From the NCBI GenBank assembly GCA_965250675.1, contig CBDFPH010000003.1: DNA of 64,000 nucleotides; one strand, 5' to 3'. Origin of the DNA: Leptothrix sp. (in: b-proteobacteria). GTDB taxonomy: Bacteria; Pseudomonadota; Gammaproteobacteria; Burkholderiales; Burkholderiaceae_C. A program made the position numbers and the translations under genes. The notes below the pieces were generated by a model, which made no database searches, had not been told where the DNA came from, and saw only the letters and a list, made by a program, of their open reading frames with translations. Below are positions 1-19,276 of the stretch, piece after piece; the first letter of the stretch is position 1, and every line of letters begins with the position of its first letter.

Positions 1-1264
1 CCTTGGCAGCGCGCGCCACGCGCAGCGACACCGGCTTGCGCTCGGGCAACTGGGTGGTCTGGTCGTCGATCGGGCCGGCATCGCCGCCGCAGATCGACTG
101 GATCAGCGCGGTGATGTGCTCGAGGTGCTCGACTGTCAGCGCCGGATCGACGCCGCGCTCGAAGCGGTGGCCGGCGTCGGTGCTGAAGTTGTAGCGGCGC
201 GAGCGGCCGGCCACGGCGTCGGGCCACCAGAAGGCGGCTTCGACGTAGACGTTCGTCGTGGCGTCACCCACAGCGGTGGCGTCGCCGCCCATGATGCCGG
301 CGAGCGATTCGACTTCGCGCTCATCGGCGATGACGCCGACTTTTTCATCGAGCGTGACGGTATTGCCGTTGAGCAGCTTGAGCGTCTCGCTCGGGCCACC
401 CCAGCGCACCGTGAGGCCGCCGTGGATCTTGTTGAGGTCGAAGATGTGGGTCGGGCGGCCGAACTCGAACATCACGTAGTTCGAGATGTCGACCAGCGCG
501 CTGACCGGGCGCTGTCCGCAGCGCGCCAGGCGCTCGACCATCCACGCGGGCGTCTGGGCCTGCGGGTTGATGCCGCGCACGACACGGCCGGAGAAACGGC
601 CGCACAGGTCGGCGGCTTCGATGCGCACGGGCAGCGTCTGGTCATGCGCGGGCGCAATCGCGGCGTGCACCGGTGTTTTCAGCGGCGCGCCGGTGAGGGC
701 GGCCACTTCGCGGGCGATGCCGTAGACGCTCAGGCAGTGGCCCAGGTTGGGTGTGAGCTTGAGGGTGAACAGCGTGTCGTCGAGGTTCAGGAACTGGCGG
801 ATGTCCTGGCCAACGGGCGCGTCGGCGGGCAACTCCAGCAGGCCGCCGTGGTCTTCAGCCAGCTTCAGCTCACGGGCCGAGCAGAGCATGCCGTAGCTCT
901 CGACGCCACGCAGCTTGCCGACCTTGATCGCAAAGGGCTTGCCATCATCGCCAGGCGGCAACTCGGCGCCGACCAGCGCCAGCGGAATGCGGATGCCGAC
1001 GCGGGCGTTGGGCGCGCCGCAGACGATCTGCAGCGGGCCGTCCGGGCTGTGTGCGCCGGCGTCGACCTTGCACACGCGCAGCTTGTCGGCGTTGGGATGC
1101 TTGTCGGCTTCGAGGATTTCAGCGACAACGATGCCGTGGAAGGCGGGCGCGACCGGGCGCAGCTCTTCGACTTCCATGCCGGCCATGGTCAGCAGGTCAG
1201 CGAGTTGCTGGGTGTTGAGTTCAGGGTTGCAGAACTCGCGCAACCAGGATTCGGGGAATTGCAT
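1..1264 (-). CDS. pheT: Phenylalanine--tRNA ligase beta subunit (runs off the window's left edge)
   Basis: Reverse-strand ATG at 1264 gives [14 protein letters not shown]...; lies directly downstream of pheS; not in the ORF track because it is open-ended. Confidence 0.95.
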   Translation of the reverse strand, partial: MQFPESWLREFCNPELNTQQLADLLTMAGMEVEELRPVAPAFHGIVVAEILEADKHPNADKLRVCKVDAGAHSPDGPLQIVCGAPNARVGIRIPLALVGAELPPGDDGKPFAIKVGKLRGVESYGMLCSARELKLAEDHGGLLELPADAPVGQDIRQFLNLDDTLFTLKLTPNLGHCLSVYGIAREVAALTGAPLKTPVHAAIAPAHDQTLPVRIEAADLCGRFSGRVVRGINPQAQTPAWMVERLARCGQRPVSALVDISNYVMFEFGRPTHIFDLNKIHGGLTVRWGGPSETLKLLNGNTVTLDEKVGVIADEREVESLAGIMGGDATAVGDATTNVYVEAAFWWPDAVAGRSRRYNFSTDAGHRFERGVDPALTVEHLEHITALIQSICGGDAGPIDDQTTQLPERKPVSLRVARAAK

Positions 1265-1298
1265 TGCTTCTAACCTTGCGTCGTACGGGGGCAGGCGG

Positions 1299-2342
1299 TC
1301 ACTTGAACTGGCTCAGGAAGCGCAGATCACCTTCAAAGAACAGGCGCAGGTCGTTGACACCGTAGCGCAGCATGGTCAGGCGGTCCGGGCCCATGCCGAA
1401 GGCGAAGCCGATGTAGCGCTCAGGGTCGAGGCCGAAGTTGCGCACCACGTTGGGGTGCACCTGGCCGGAGCCGGCGACTTCGAGCCAGCGGCCTTTCAGC
1501 GGGCCGGACGAGAAGGCGATGTCGACCTCGGCCGACGGTTCGGTGAACGGGAAGAACGAGGGCCGGAAGCGCAGTTGCAGATCGTCCGTCTCGAAGAAGG
1601 TGCGGAAGAAGTCGGTGAAGACGGCCTTCAGGTCCTTGAACGAGACGTTCTCGCCGATCCACAGGCCTTCGCACTGGTGGAACATGGGCGAGTGGGTGGC
1701 GTCGCTGTCGACCCGGTAGGTGCGGCCCGGCGCGATGACGCGGATCTCGGGCATCGGATCGGTGCCGAGGTGCGTGGCAGCATGCTGGCGGGCGTAGCGC
1801 ACCTGCATCGGCGAGGTGTGCGGGCGCAGGCAGAGCGGGCGGCCGGCTTCGTCCTGCATGTCGACGTAGAAGGTGTCCTGCATCGAACGCGCCGGGTGGT
1901 TTTCCGGGTTGTTCAGGGCGGTGAAGCTGTACCAGTCGGTCTCGATCTCGGGGCCGTCGGCGACATCGAAGCCCATGGAGCCGAAGATCTGCTCGATGCG
2001 TTCGAGCGTGCGCGACACCGGGTGCAATCCGCCCGTGCCACGCAGGCGGCCGGGCAGGGTGACATCAAGCGCCTCGGCCTTGAGTTGCGCCTGCAACTCG
2101 GCCTCGGCCAGCGCGTGGCGGCGCTCGGTGAGCGCGGCCTCGATCGCCTGCTTGGTCTCGTTGATCGCGGCGCCGCGGGTTTTCTTCTCTTCTGGCGATA
2201 GCGTGGCCATGCCCTTGAGCAATTCGGTCACGCGGCCGGACTTGCCGGTGTAGCGCGCCTTGGCGTCTTCAAGCTGAGCCGGCGTAGCGGCGGTGGCGAA
2301 GTCGGCACGGGCGGCCTGCACGAGTTGTTCGAGATCGTTCAT
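1299..2342 (-). CDS. pheS: Phenylalanine--tRNA ligase alpha subunit
   Basis: Class II motifs [32 protein letters not shown]. Confidence 0.98.
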   Translation of the reverse strand: MNDLEQLVQAARADFATAATPAQLEDAKARYTGKSGRVTELLKGMATLSPEEKKTRGAAINETKQAIEAALTERRHALAEAELQAQLKAEALDVTLPGRLRGTGGLHPVSRTLERIEQIFGSMGFDVADGPEIETDWYSFTALNNPENHPARSMQDTFYVDMQDEAGRPLCLRPHTSPMQVRYARQHAATHLGTDPMPEIRVIAPGRTYRVDSDATHSPMFHQCEGLWIGENVSFKDLKAVFTDFFRTFFETDDLQLRFRPSFFPFTEPSAEVDIAFSSGPLKGRWLEVAGSGQVHPNVVRNFGLDPERYIGFAFGMGPDRLTMLRYGVNDLRLFFEGDLRFLSQFK

Positions 2343-2380
2343 CGACGGACGGCTTCAGGGACGGATTCGGAGGCGGCAAT

Positions 2381-2408
2381 AAAAAAGGCCGAACGTGGTG
2401 TCGGCCTT
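2381..2408 (-). terminator. Rho-independent terminator after rplT
   Basis: Minus strand AAGGCCGA-loop-TCGGCCTTTTTT. Confidence 0.7.
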
Positions 2409-2458
2409 ATCGGTTCAATGTCCGGGCAACGCTTGCAGCGGTACCCGGAGCATCAGAC

Positions 2459-2815
2459 TCAAGCGAGTTGAGCCTTGACCTTGTCGACGATGCTGCCGAA
2501 AGCGGCCGGATCGTTGATGGCCATGTCGGACAGGACCTTGCGGTCGATGTCGATCTGGGCCTTCTTCAGGCCGGCCATGAACTTGCTGTAGGTCAGGCCG
2601 AGCGAACGGCTTGCAGCGTTGATACGTGCAATCCACAGGCGGCGGAATTCGCGCTTCTTGGCACGGCGGTCACGGTAGGCGTATTGGCCTGCCTTCATCA
2701 CCGCCTGTTTGGCGATGCGATAGACGTTCTTGCGGCGACCGCGGAAACCTTTGGCCAGGGCCAGGACTTTTTTATGACGAGCGCGGGCAGTTACACCACG
2801 TTTGACGCGAGGCAT
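2459..2815 (-). CDS. rplT: 50S ribosomal protein L20
   Basis: [18 protein letters not shown]...WIARINAA. Confidence 0.99.
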   Translation of the reverse strand: MPRVKRGVTARARHKKVLALAKGFRGRRKNVYRIAKQAVMKAGQYAYRDRRAKKREFRRLWIARINAASRSLGLTYSKFMAGLKKAQIDIDRKVLSDMAINDPAAFGSIVDKVKAQLA

Positions 2816-2842
2816 GTGTTGACTCCTTCAGTGCGTGGTGAA

Positions 2843-3046
2843 TTACAGACCGGCGAACGGCAGCATTTGTGCGATGTGACCCATATTGGTCTCATGCACT
2901 GCAACCGTACCGCGCAGGTGGCGCTTGTTCTTGGTGGTCTTCTTCGTCAGGATGTGACGCTTGAAGGCTTGACCGCGCTTGACGGTGCCACCGGGACGAA
3001 CGCGAAAACGCTTTTTCGCGCTGCTCTTGGTCTTCATCTTGGGCAT
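2843..3046 (-). CDS. rpmI: 50S ribosomal protein L35
   Basis: [14 protein letters not shown]... Confidence 0.99.
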   Translation of the reverse strand: MPKMKTKSSAKKRFRVRPGGTVKRGQAFKRHILTKKTTKNKRHLRGTVAVHETNMGHIAQMLPFAGL

Positions 3047-3168
3047 GACTGCTCCTTTTAATGTTCCCGTGAGGCGCCGCGAACTACTCGCGGTCTTGGG
3101 GGCCTACGGGCACTGAGTCGTTGCAGCGACCAAACCGCAACAACCTCATCCTTCAAAATATGTCTGAG

Positions 3169-3717
3169 TTACTTCTTGCGCTTGGCGGCCAGCACCATGA
3201 TCATCTGACGGCCTTCGAGCTTGGGCATGTTCTCGACGACGCTGACATCGGTCAGTTCATCGCGGATACGCTCCAGCAGGCGCATGCCGATGTCCTGGTG
3301 GGTGATCTCGCGACCGCGGTAACGCAGCGTGACCTTGCCCTTGTCCCCGTCTTCCAGGAACTTGCGCAGGTTGCGCATCTTGATCTGGTAGTCGCCTTCG
3401 TCCGTGCCCGGGCGGAACTTGACTTCCTTGATCTCGATGACGTGCTGCTTGGCTTTCGCTTCAGCGGCTTTCTTCTGTTCCTGGTACTTGAACTTGCCGT
3501 AATCCATCAGGCGGCAGACCGGGGGCTGAGCGGTGGCAGCAATTTCAACCAGATCCACGTCCTGCTCGGCAGACAGGCGCAGAGCTTCCTGGATACTCAC
3601 AATGCCGAGAGGCTCGTTCTCTTGCCCGTTCAGACGGACTTCAAGAGCGGTGATCTCGCGATTGAGACGGTGCTTGCGCTCGGCGTTGGGCGTGCGGCGA
3701 TCAAGAAAAGTAGCGAT
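3169..3717 (-). CDS. infC: Translation initiation factor IF-3, non-canonical ATC start
   Basis: IF3 sequence ([12 protein letters not shown]...). The frame extends 39 codons upstream of the track's ATG to ATC GCT ACT at 3717, preceded by an AAGGA Shine-Dalgarno. Confidence 0.93.
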   Translation of the reverse strand: MATFLDRRTPNAERKHRLNREITALEVRLNGQENEPLGIVSIQEALRLSAEQDVDLVEIAATAQPPVCRLMDYGKFKYQEQKKAAEAKAKQHVIEIKEVKFRPGTDEGDYQIKMRNLRKFLEDGDKGKVTLRYRGREITHQDIGMRLLERIRDELTDVSVVENMPKLEGRQMIMVLAAKRKK

Positions 3718-3814
3718 GGTCGGATTCCTTCAGGGCATCTGCCCTATAAACAAAAAACGCACCCGAGGTGGGCAAGACCGGTGGCTGCAGCTCAGAACTG
3801 GTTTGACGCCAAGT

Positions 3815-5737
<1,923 letters not shown>

Positions 5738-5906
5738 CTCTCATCCTCTGTGGCGCTGTTGACAGCACCTTGTCGTATCAATAAAAAAGCGCGGTAGGGC
5801 CGCGCATTCATTCTTGACTTCAAGGCGGCGATGTTAGCCGGCTCTTAACCCGGCCTGAACCGCACCGCATCAGTACTTGGCCTGAGGGCGGTTACAAGGG
5901 GGTTCC

Positions 5907-9751
<3,845 letters not shown>

Positions 9752-9815
9752 GCCTGGCTTGAAGTTTCCCGTTTGATTGTTTGACTTTTCCAATAGCCCA
9801 CCCCAAAGAGGAGAC

Positions 9816-11099
9816 ATGATGGACATCACCAAAATCGCGGGCAGCCGCGCCATTGCACGCCGCACCCTGGCCCTGGTGCTGGCCGGTGGCCGCGGATCGC
9901 GCCTGAAAGACCTGACCGACCGCCGCGCCAAGCCGGCGGTGCACTTCGGCGGCAAGTTCCGCATCATCGACTTCGCGCTGAGCAACTGCATGAACTCGGG
10001 CATGCGCCGCATCGGCGTCATCACGCAGTACAAGTCGCACTCGCTGCTGCGCCACCTGCAGCGCGGCTGGAGTTTTCTGCGCAACGAGATGAACGAGTTC
10101 GTCGACCTGCTGCCCGCGCAGCAGCGCGTCAACGAGGAAAGCTGGTACCAGGGCACGGCCGACGCGATCTACCAGAACCTCGACATCATCCGCAACTCGA
10201 CGCCGCCCGAGTACATCGTCGTGCTGGCCGGCGATCACATCTACAAGATGGACTACTCGATCATGCTGGCCGACCACGCCGCCAGCGGCCGGGGCGTGAC
10301 GGTGGGTTGCATCGAGGTGCCGCGCGAAGAGGCCAAGGGCTTTGGCGTGATGGCGGTCGACGAGAACCGCCTGATCGTCGACTTCGTCGAGAAGCCCGCC
10401 GATCCGCCGCCGATGCCGGGCAACCCCGAGCTGTCGCTGGCCAGCATGGGCATCTACGTTTTCACGGCCGAGTACCTGTACCGCCTGCTGGAAGAAGACG
10501 CGGTCGACCCGAACTCCGAGCACGACTTCGGCAAGAACCTGATTCCCAAGGCCGTGGCCGAGCAGCAGGCGCTGGCGCACCCGTTCTCGATGTCGGCCAT
10601 CGCCAACCCGCCGTACTCGCGCGCCTACTGGCGTGACGTGGGCACGGTGGACGCCTACTGGGCCGCCAACCTCGACCTGGCGTCGGCCTCGCCCGAGCTG
10701 AACATGTACGACAAGGACTGGCCGATCTGGACCTACCAGGAGCAGCTGCCGCCCGCCAAGTTCGTGCACGATCTGGACGGCCGCCGAGGCGAGGCGATCA
10801 ACTCGCTGGTCTCGGGTGGTTGCATCGTGTCGGGCTCGACGATCCGCAATTCGGTGCTGTTCTCCAACGTGCTGGTGCGCTCGTACAGCCAGATCGACCA
10901 GGCCGTGATCCTGCCGGACGTGCAGATCGGCCGCGGCTGCCGCCTCAACAAGGTGGTGATCGACCGCCGCGTCCAGCTGCCCGACGGCCTCGTGATCGGC
11001 GAGGACGCCGAGCTCGACGCGCAGCGCTTCTTCCGCAGCGAGAACGGCGTCGTGCTCGTCACCCGCAAGATGATCGAGGCGCTCAAGGCGAGCGCCTGA
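9816..11099 (+). CDS. glgC: Glucose-1-phosphate adenylyltransferase
   Basis: [23 protein letters not shown]; GAGGAG SD before ATG 9816. Confidence 0.97.
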   Translation: MMDITKIAGSRAIARRTLALVLAGGRGSRLKDLTDRRAKPAVHFGGKFRIIDFALSNCMNSGMRRIGVITQYKSHSLLRHLQRGWSFLRNEMNEFVDLLPAQQRVNEESWYQGTADAIYQNLDIIRNSTPPEYIVVLAGDHIYKMDYSIMLADHAASGRGVTVGCIEVPREEAKGFGVMAVDENRLIVDFVEKPADPPPMPGNPELSLASMGIYVFTAEYLYRLLEEDAVDPNSEHDFGKNLIPKAVAEQQALAHPFSMSAIANPPYSRAYWRDVGTVDAYWAANLDLASASPELNMYDKDWPIWTYQEQLPPAKFVHDLDGRRGEAINSLVSGGCIVSGSTIRNSVLFSNVLVRSYSQIDQAVILPDVQIGRGCRLNKVVIDRRVQLPDGLVIGEDAELDAQRFFRSENGVVLVTRKMIEALKASA

Positions 11100-11136
11100 T
11101 TCCCTCATCCATCCACCTCCACGGAGTCAGCCCCTG

Positions 11137-12606
11137 ATGCGTATCCTGCAAGTCTGCGCCGAGATTTTCCCGCTGCTCAAGACCGGAGGCCTGGCCGATG
11201 TGGCCGGCGCGCTGCCCCCGGTGCTGCGGGCGCAGGGGGCCGACGCCCGTGTGCTGCTGCCGGGCTTCGCGCCCATCCTGGCCGGCCTGCAGGACGCGAC
11301 CGTGGTGGCGGAACTGCACCCGCCGGCGGCCTTGCTGCCGCCGGGCGGGGCGCGGCTGCTGTATGGCCGGCTGCCAGCCTGCGACGTGGCGGGTTACGTG
11401 ATCGACGCGCCGGCGTTCTACCAGCGCGCCGGCGGCCCTTACAACGACGCAGCCCAGCAGCCGTATGTCGACAACCACCTGCGCTTTGGCCTGCTGGGCT
11501 GGGTAGCGGCGCAGCTGGCTGCCGGGCTGGATGCGCATTGGTCGGCCCAGGTCGTGCACGCGCACGACTGGCACGCCGGCCTGGCGCCGGCCTACCTGAA
11601 GGCGCTCAACGAAGAGCGCGGCGAGCGCCTGGCCGGCAGCGTCTACACCGTGCACAACCTGGCCTACCAGGGCGTGTTCGCCGCACATCATCTGGGTGAA
11701 CTCGGCCTGCCGGCGAGCTATTTCCAGCTCTATGGGCTGGAGTTCCACGGCCAGATCAGCTTCATGAAGGCCGGGCTGTTCTACGCCGACAAGATCACCA
11801 CCGTCAGCCCGACCTATGCGCGTGAAATCCAGCAGCGCGACCAGGGCTGCGGCCTGGACGGCCTGCTGCGCGAGCGCACCCAGGACCTGATCGGCATCCT
11901 CAACGGCGTCGACGAGGCGGTGTGGAACCCGCGCACCGATGCGCTGATTGCCAGTCCTTTCGAAGCGCGCAAGCTGCCCGGCAAGGCGCGCTGCAAGGCC
12001 GCGCTGCAGCAGGAACTCGGCCTGGCCGAGGACGCTGCGGCGCCGCTGTTCTGCGTCGTCAGCCGCCTGACGCATCAGAAGGGCCTGCACCTGGTGCTGG
12101 AGGCGCTGCCCGGCCTGATCGAGCGCGGCGCGCAGTTCGCGCTGCTGGGCAGTGGCGACGCCGACATGGAAGCGGCCTTCCGCGCTGCCGCGCAGGCCCG
12201 GCCGGCGTCGGTGGCCGTGCGCATCGGCTATGACGAGCCGTTTGCGCACCGGCTGATCGCCGGCAGCGACGTCATCATGGTGCCGTCGATGTTCGAGCCC
12301 TGCGGCCTCACGCAGCTCTACGGCCTCAAGTACGGCACGCTGCCGCTGGTGCGGCGCGTGGGTGGCCTGGCCGACACTGTGGCCGATGCGCAACTGGAAA
12401 CGCTCGACACCAGCGCCACCGGCTTTGTCTTCGACGACTTCAGCGCCGCCGGCCTGCTGGGCGCGGCCCGCCGGGTGCTGGCCCTGCACCGCCGCCGCGC
12501 GGACTGGCAACTGGTGCAGCGCCGCGCCATGCAGCAGCCGTGCGACTGGGCCGGCGCTGCGGCGCAGTACCTGGCGCTTTACCGGCAGGTCAGCCCGCAG
12601 TCCTGA
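11137..12606 (+). CDS. glgA: Glycogen synthase
   Basis: KTGGLADV, HAHDWH, EPCGLTQL. Confidence 0.97.
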   Translation: MRILQVCAEIFPLLKTGGLADVAGALPPVLRAQGADARVLLPGFAPILAGLQDATVVAELHPPAALLPPGGARLLYGRLPACDVAGYVIDAPAFYQRAGGPYNDAAQQPYVDNHLRFGLLGWVAAQLAAGLDAHWSAQVVHAHDWHAGLAPAYLKALNEERGERLAGSVYTVHNLAYQGVFAAHHLGELGLPASYFQLYGLEFHGQISFMKAGLFYADKITTVSPTYAREIQQRDQGCGLDGLLRERTQDLIGILNGVDEAVWNPRTDALIASPFEARKLPGKARCKAALQQELGLAEDAAAPLFCVVSRLTHQKGLHLVLEALPGLIERGAQFALLGSGDADMEAAFRAAAQARPASVAVRIGYDEPFAHRLIAGSDVIMVPSMFEPCGLTQLYGLKYGTLPLVRRVGGLADTVADAQLETLDTSATGFVFDDFSAAGLLGAARRVLALHRRRADWQLVQRRAMQQPCDWAGAAAQYLALYRQVSPQS

Positions 12607-12713
12607 CCCCCCAAGGTGGCGGGGTCGACCCCGTGCAAACCCCGAGGCGGCAACGCTGACCACGGGGGTGCAATCGTTTACGCTCCTACTCGCTTTCAGC
12701 TAAACGCGCCACG

Positions 12714-15215
<2,502 letters not shown>

Positions 15216-15242
15216 ACAGAAGCGGGGCGGACCTGGCCCGCC

Positions 15243-16658
15243 TCAGGCTGCGCGCAGCAGCTTGACGTGCGCCACGAAGCCGCTGCCCGGAATGCTGCCC
15301 AGTTCCAGGTGGCCGCCCATGCGGGTGATGGTCTTGTCGACGATCGCCAGCCCCAGCCCGGCGCCTGTGCTGCTGGTGTGGGTGCGGGCCTTGTCGCCGC
15401 GGTAGAACGGCGTGGTCAGGCGGGTGAGCTGCTCGGCGCTGACACCCGGGCCGTGGTCGCGCACGCTGACCACCACCCACTGGCCGGTGCGGGCGTAGGT
15501 GACGGTGACGTGGGCGATGCCGTCGTCGGACTGGGCGTAGCGGCGGGCGTTCTCGAACAGGTTGGTGAAGACGCGGTCCAGGTCGGTCTCGTCGGCCAGC
15601 ACCTGCACATTGGTGGTGACGCGGGCAGTGATCTTGAGGTGCTCGTTGCTGACGCGGCGGATCACGGTGTCCAGCAGCACCGCCAGCAGCACCGGCACCA
15701 GCTGCACCTCGGTGGGCCGGGCGTAGTCCATGAACTTGTCGATGATGGCGTCGAGCTGGTCGATGTCCATCGCCATGTTCTGGCGTGCTTCCTCGTCGAC
15801 CACGCTCATTTCGGTCTCGAGCCGGATGCGCGCCAGCGGCGTGCGCAGGTCATGCGAGATGCCGGCCAGCATCACGGCGCGGTCGTCCTCGATCTTGGCG
15901 AGTTCGCGCGCCATGCGGTTGAAGCCGCGGTTGACCTCGCGGATTTCCATGGTCGCGGTGTCTTCATCCAGGCGCGGTGAAAACTCGCCGCCCCGGATGC
16001 GGCTGGCCGCCGACGACAGTTCGCGCAGCGGCAGGTTGATCTTGGCCGCGATATAGGCCGAGACCACCAGCGTGGCCAGGAACGTCAGGCCCATGACCAG
16101 GAAGTAGGTGACGCCGGTGATCATCGTCTGCACCCGGTTCGGGTCAGCCTGCAGCCAGTACTGGTCGGTCTCGATCAGGAAACCGACCCACAGCCCCGAT
16201 TTGCCGTTGACGCTGCCGGCCACCACCGTCTGCGGCCCGAGCCGGCTGCGCAGCTGCGCGCCGATGGTGCGGGTGAAGCGATCGACCTCGAACGGTTCCC
16301 AGCGGTCGCCCGGCTCGCGCGGCTGCAGCTTGACAGCCTCCTGCTCGGCAATGTTCTTGACCAGCGCCACGCGGTTGACCTGGTCGGTGTAGCGCAGCGC
16401 CGCGCGCGACAGGTTGACCAGGCTGGCGATCTGCTGCGAGGCCTGGATGGCGCGCGGCTCCAGTTCGAAGTAGCGCAGCACATAGGTCCAGCTCAGGATG
16501 CCCGCGCCCAGCATCAGCGACAGCAGCAGGAAGGTGCGCCAGAACAGGCTCAGCATGACGGTGCGCTGTAGCCACACCTGCCAGCGCCGCCCCCGCGAAA
16601 GCGCAGGCGGCGGCACCACGCTGGCCGAGGAGGGGAAGGCAGAGGAGCTGGAAACCAT
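15243..16658 (-). CDS. EnvZ/RisS-like sensor histidine kinase
   Basis: Two TM segments, HAMP, ISHDLRTPL H-box, GAGLGLAI G-box. Confidence 0.92.
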   Translation of the reverse strand: MVSSSSAFPSSASVVPPPALSRGRRWQVWLQRTVMLSLFWRTFLLLSLMLGAGILSWTYVLRYFELEPRAIQASQQIASLVNLSRAALRYTDQVNRVALVKNIAEQEAVKLQPREPGDRWEPFEVDRFTRTIGAQLRSRLGPQTVVAGSVNGKSGLWVGFLIETDQYWLQADPNRVQTMITGVTYFLVMGLTFLATLVVSAYIAAKINLPLRELSSAASRIRGGEFSPRLDEDTATMEIREVNRGFNRMARELAKIEDDRAVMLAGISHDLRTPLARIRLETEMSVVDEEARQNMAMDIDQLDAIIDKFMDYARPTEVQLVPVLLAVLLDTVIRRVSNEHLKITARVTTNVQVLADETDLDRVFTNLFENARRYAQSDDGIAHVTVTYARTGQWVVVSVRDHGPGVSAEQLTRLTTPFYRGDKARTHTSSTGAGLGLAIVDKTITRMGGHLELGSIPGSGFVAHVKLLRAA

Positions 16659-16693
16659 GGCGAACGTGTCCCGTCAGGCAGAGTGGAGGAGTG

Positions 16694-17437
16694 TCAGGCC
16701 GCGCCGTCCGGCACGAACACGTAGCCCACGCCCCAGACGGTCTGGATGTAGCGCGGCTGCGAGGGATCGGGCTCGATCATCTTGCGCAGGCGCGAGACCT
16801 GCACGTCCAGGCTGCGGTCGAAGGGCTCGAACTCGCGGCCCCGGGCCAGTTGCGCCAGCTTGTCGCGGCTGAGCGGCTGGCGCGGGTGGCGCACCAGCGC
16901 CTTGAGCATGCTGAACTCGCCGGTGGTCAGCGCGATGGCCTCGCCGTCGCGCGTCAGGCGGCGCAGGCCGAGGTCGAACTCGAACGGGCCGAACGTGACA
17001 CTCTGTGCTTCGCGCGAGGGCGCACCGGGCGCCTCGAACAGCGGCCGGCGACGAAGCACGGCGTTGATGCGGGCCAGCAGTTCGCGTGGGTTGAAGGGCT
17101 TGGGCAGGTAGTCGTCGGCACCGACTTCCAGGCCGACGATGCGGTCGACGTCATCGACCTTGGCCGTCAGCATGATGATGGGCGTGGCGTCGTTGGCCGA
17201 GCGCAGCCGGCGGCAGATCGACAGGCCGTCTTCGCCCGGCAGCATCAGGTCGAGCACGATCAGGTCGACCGTCTCGCGCGTCAGGATGCGGTTGAGCGCC
17301 TTGGCGTCCTCGGCCAGCAGCACCTCGAAGCCTTCCTGCGTCAGGTAGCGGCGAAGCAGATCGCGGATGCGCGCGTCGTCGTCGACCACGACGATGCGGT
17401 CAACGCGGTCCGCCCGGGGGGTGTTGGCAGGGGTCAT
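16694..17437 (-). CDS. ompR: OmpR-family response regulator
   Basis: Receiver (VVDDD, LDLMLP, KPF) plus wHTH (DRSLDVQVSRLR, YIQTVWGVGY). Confidence 0.92.
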   Translation of the reverse strand: MTPANTPRADRVDRIVVVDDDARIRDLLRRYLTQEGFEVLLAEDAKALNRILTRETVDLIVLDLMLPGEDGLSICRRLRSANDATPIIMLTAKVDDVDRIVGLEVGADDYLPKPFNPRELLARINAVLRRRPLFEAPGAPSREAQSVTFGPFEFDLGLRRLTRDGEAIALTTGEFSMLKALVRHPRQPLSRDKLAQLARGREFEPFDRSLDVQVSRLRKMIEPDPSQPRYIQTVWGVGYVFVPDGAA

Positions 17438-17614
17438 GGAAGCGGCTCCTTAATTTGTAACAGCCGCGATTGTGCGCAGGTCAGACCGGTGATTTTGGCT
17501 GATTTGACTGGCTGTTACATTTCTTGCGCGTCAGGTTCGTGCTGCAAATCAAGTTTCAGTGGTCGCTTGCCGGCACAGTGGCGCCTCACCCGCTCATCAC
17601 TTCAAGGAGTCGCT

Positions 17615-18355
17615 GTGTTACAAATTTTCTGCCGTTCGTGGACCCGCTCCAGCCTGTTGGCGGCCAGTGCCTGTCTGATCGCTGCGGCCAGTTCGGCCCA
17701 GTCGGTGCAGGCGGCCGAACTGGCCCGCGACAACCAGGTCACGCTGGCCGCCAGCGCCAGCACCGATCTGGCCTTCGACACGCTGGGCATCACGCTGCGC
17801 GTGCAGCGCGAAGGCGCTGACGCGGTGGCGGTGCAGGCGCAGCTCAAGCAGGCGCTGGATGCGGCGCTGACCGAGGCCAGGAAGGGCGCGCAGGCCGACG
17901 CCATGGACATCAGCACCACCGGCTTCAGCCTGTCGCCGCGCTACGGCCGCGAGGGCAAGCCCACCGGCTGGTCGGGCAGCGCCGACCTGCTGCTGGAAGG
18001 CCGCGACATCGCCCGCGTGGCGGCCACGGCCGGCAAGCTGAGCAGCCTGAACGTGGTCGGCACCCGCTACACGCTGTCGCGCCAGGCGCGCGAGCAGCAG
18101 GAGGGCGAACTCGCCGCCCAGGCGATTCGCAAGTTCAGGCAGCGCGCCAGCGAGATCGCTCGCCAGTTCGGCTTCAACAACTACACGCTGGGTCAGGTGC
18201 AGGTGGGCACGACCAGCACCGATACCGAGGTGCGCCCGCAATTGGGCGTGATGCGCACGCTGGCCTCGCCGGTGAGCGACGCGCCGGTACCGGTCGAGGC
18301 CGGCAAGACCAGCCTGAGCGTGACGGTACAGGGCTCGGTGCTGCTGACGCGCTGA
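17615..18355 (+). CDS. SIMPL (DUF541)-like periplasmic protein
   Basis: GTG at 17615 after AAGGAG; signal peptide; ISTTGFSLSPRY; ends VPVEAGKTSLSVTVQGSV. It is the 3' part of the track's 554-aa ORF. Confidence 0.82.
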   Translation: MLQIFCRSWTRSSLLAASACLIAAASSAQSVQAAELARDNQVTLAASASTDLAFDTLGITLRVQREGADAVAVQAQLKQALDAALTEARKGAQADAMDISTTGFSLSPRYGREGKPTGWSGSADLLLEGRDIARVAATAGKLSSLNVVGTRYTLSRQAREQQEGELAAQAIRKFRQRASEIARQFGFNNYTLGQVQVGTTSTDTEVRPQLGVMRTLASPVSDAPVPVEAGKTSLSVTVQGSVLLTR

Positions 18356-18395
18356 AACGGGACGCGCCGATCAGCGCGTCACCCCGTTCCCTTTA

Positions 18396-19166
18396 TTACT
18401 GTGCCGTCCAGCCGCCGTCGACGTTCCAGGCCACGCCGCGCACGTTGTTGGCGGCCTTGGAGCACAGGAACACGGCCAGGTCGCCCAACTCTTCAGGCGT
18501 GGTGAATTGCAGCGAGGGCTGCTTTTCACCCAGCAGGCGGCGGGTGGCTTCGGCAATGTCCACGCCTTCGGCGGCGGCACGCGCATCGACCTGCTTCTGC
18601 ACCAGCGGCGTCAGCACCCAGCCGGGGCAGATGGCGTTGGCGGTGATGCCGGTGGTGGCGTTCTCCAGCGCCGTGACCTTGGTCAGGCCGATCACGCCGT
18701 GCTTGGCCGCCACGTAGGCCGACTTGTTGGTCGACGCCACCAGGCCATGGACCGAGGCCACGTTGATGATGCGGCCCCAGTTACGCGCCTGCATGCCGGG
18801 CAGCGCCAGCCGGGTGGTGTGGAAGGCCGAGCTGAGGTTGATGGCGAGGATGGCGTCCCAGCGCTCGGCGGGGAAGTCCTGCACCGGCGCCACGTGCTGG
18901 ATGCCTGCGTTGTTGACCAGGATGTCGACGCCGCCAAACTCGGCCGCCGCGTAGGCCATCATGGCCTCGATCTCGGCGGGCTTGCTCATGTCGGCGCCGT
19001 GGTAGCCGACCTTGACGCCCAGGGCTTCCACCTCGGCGCGCGGGCCGCTGGCGTCGCCAAAACCATTGAGCACGATGTTGGCGCCTTCGCGCGCCAGGCT
19101 GAGCGCAATGCCCAGTCCGATGCCGCTGGTCGAGCCGGTCACGAGTGCAGTCTTGCCTTTGAGCAT
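18396..19166 (-). CDS. bdhA: 3-hydroxybutyrate dehydrogenase (SDR)
   Basis: TGSTSGIG, NNAGIQH, YVAAKHG, ICPGWVLT. Confidence 0.9.
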   Translation of the reverse strand: MLKGKTALVTGSTSGIGLGIALSLAREGANIVLNGFGDASGPRAEVEALGVKVGYHGADMSKPAEIEAMMAYAAAEFGGVDILVNNAGIQHVAPVQDFPAERWDAILAINLSSAFHTTRLALPGMQARNWGRIINVASVHGLVASTNKSAYVAAKHGVIGLTKVTALENATTGITANAICPGWVLTPLVQKQVDARAAAEGVDIAEATRRLLGEKQPSLQFTTPEELGDLAVFLCSKAANNVRGVAWNVDGGWTAQ

Positions 19167-19276
19167 GTCGATATACCCCGTCAGTTGGTTAGGATTGATT
19201 ATCAGCCGCGCTCATGGCGGGTCCCTGACAGGGCCGCCCAGGCGTTTGTCTCCTCTCAAAGCCTGTGCCGACACCC

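Noticed and set aside
2409-2458. pheM-like attenuator leader between rplT and pheS
   Set aside because: The only short ORF (MLRVPLQALPGH) has no Phe codons; the hairpin is adequately explained as the rplT terminator
12607-12713. Palindrome CGGGGTCGACCCCG in the glgA-glgP spacer as a REP or MITE
   Set aside because: No second copy noticed in the window
16691-18355. 554-aa ORF spanning ompR antisense and the SIMPL gene as a fusion
   Set aside because: The N-terminal part is the ompR shadow; a good SD plus GTG at 17615 explains the real gene
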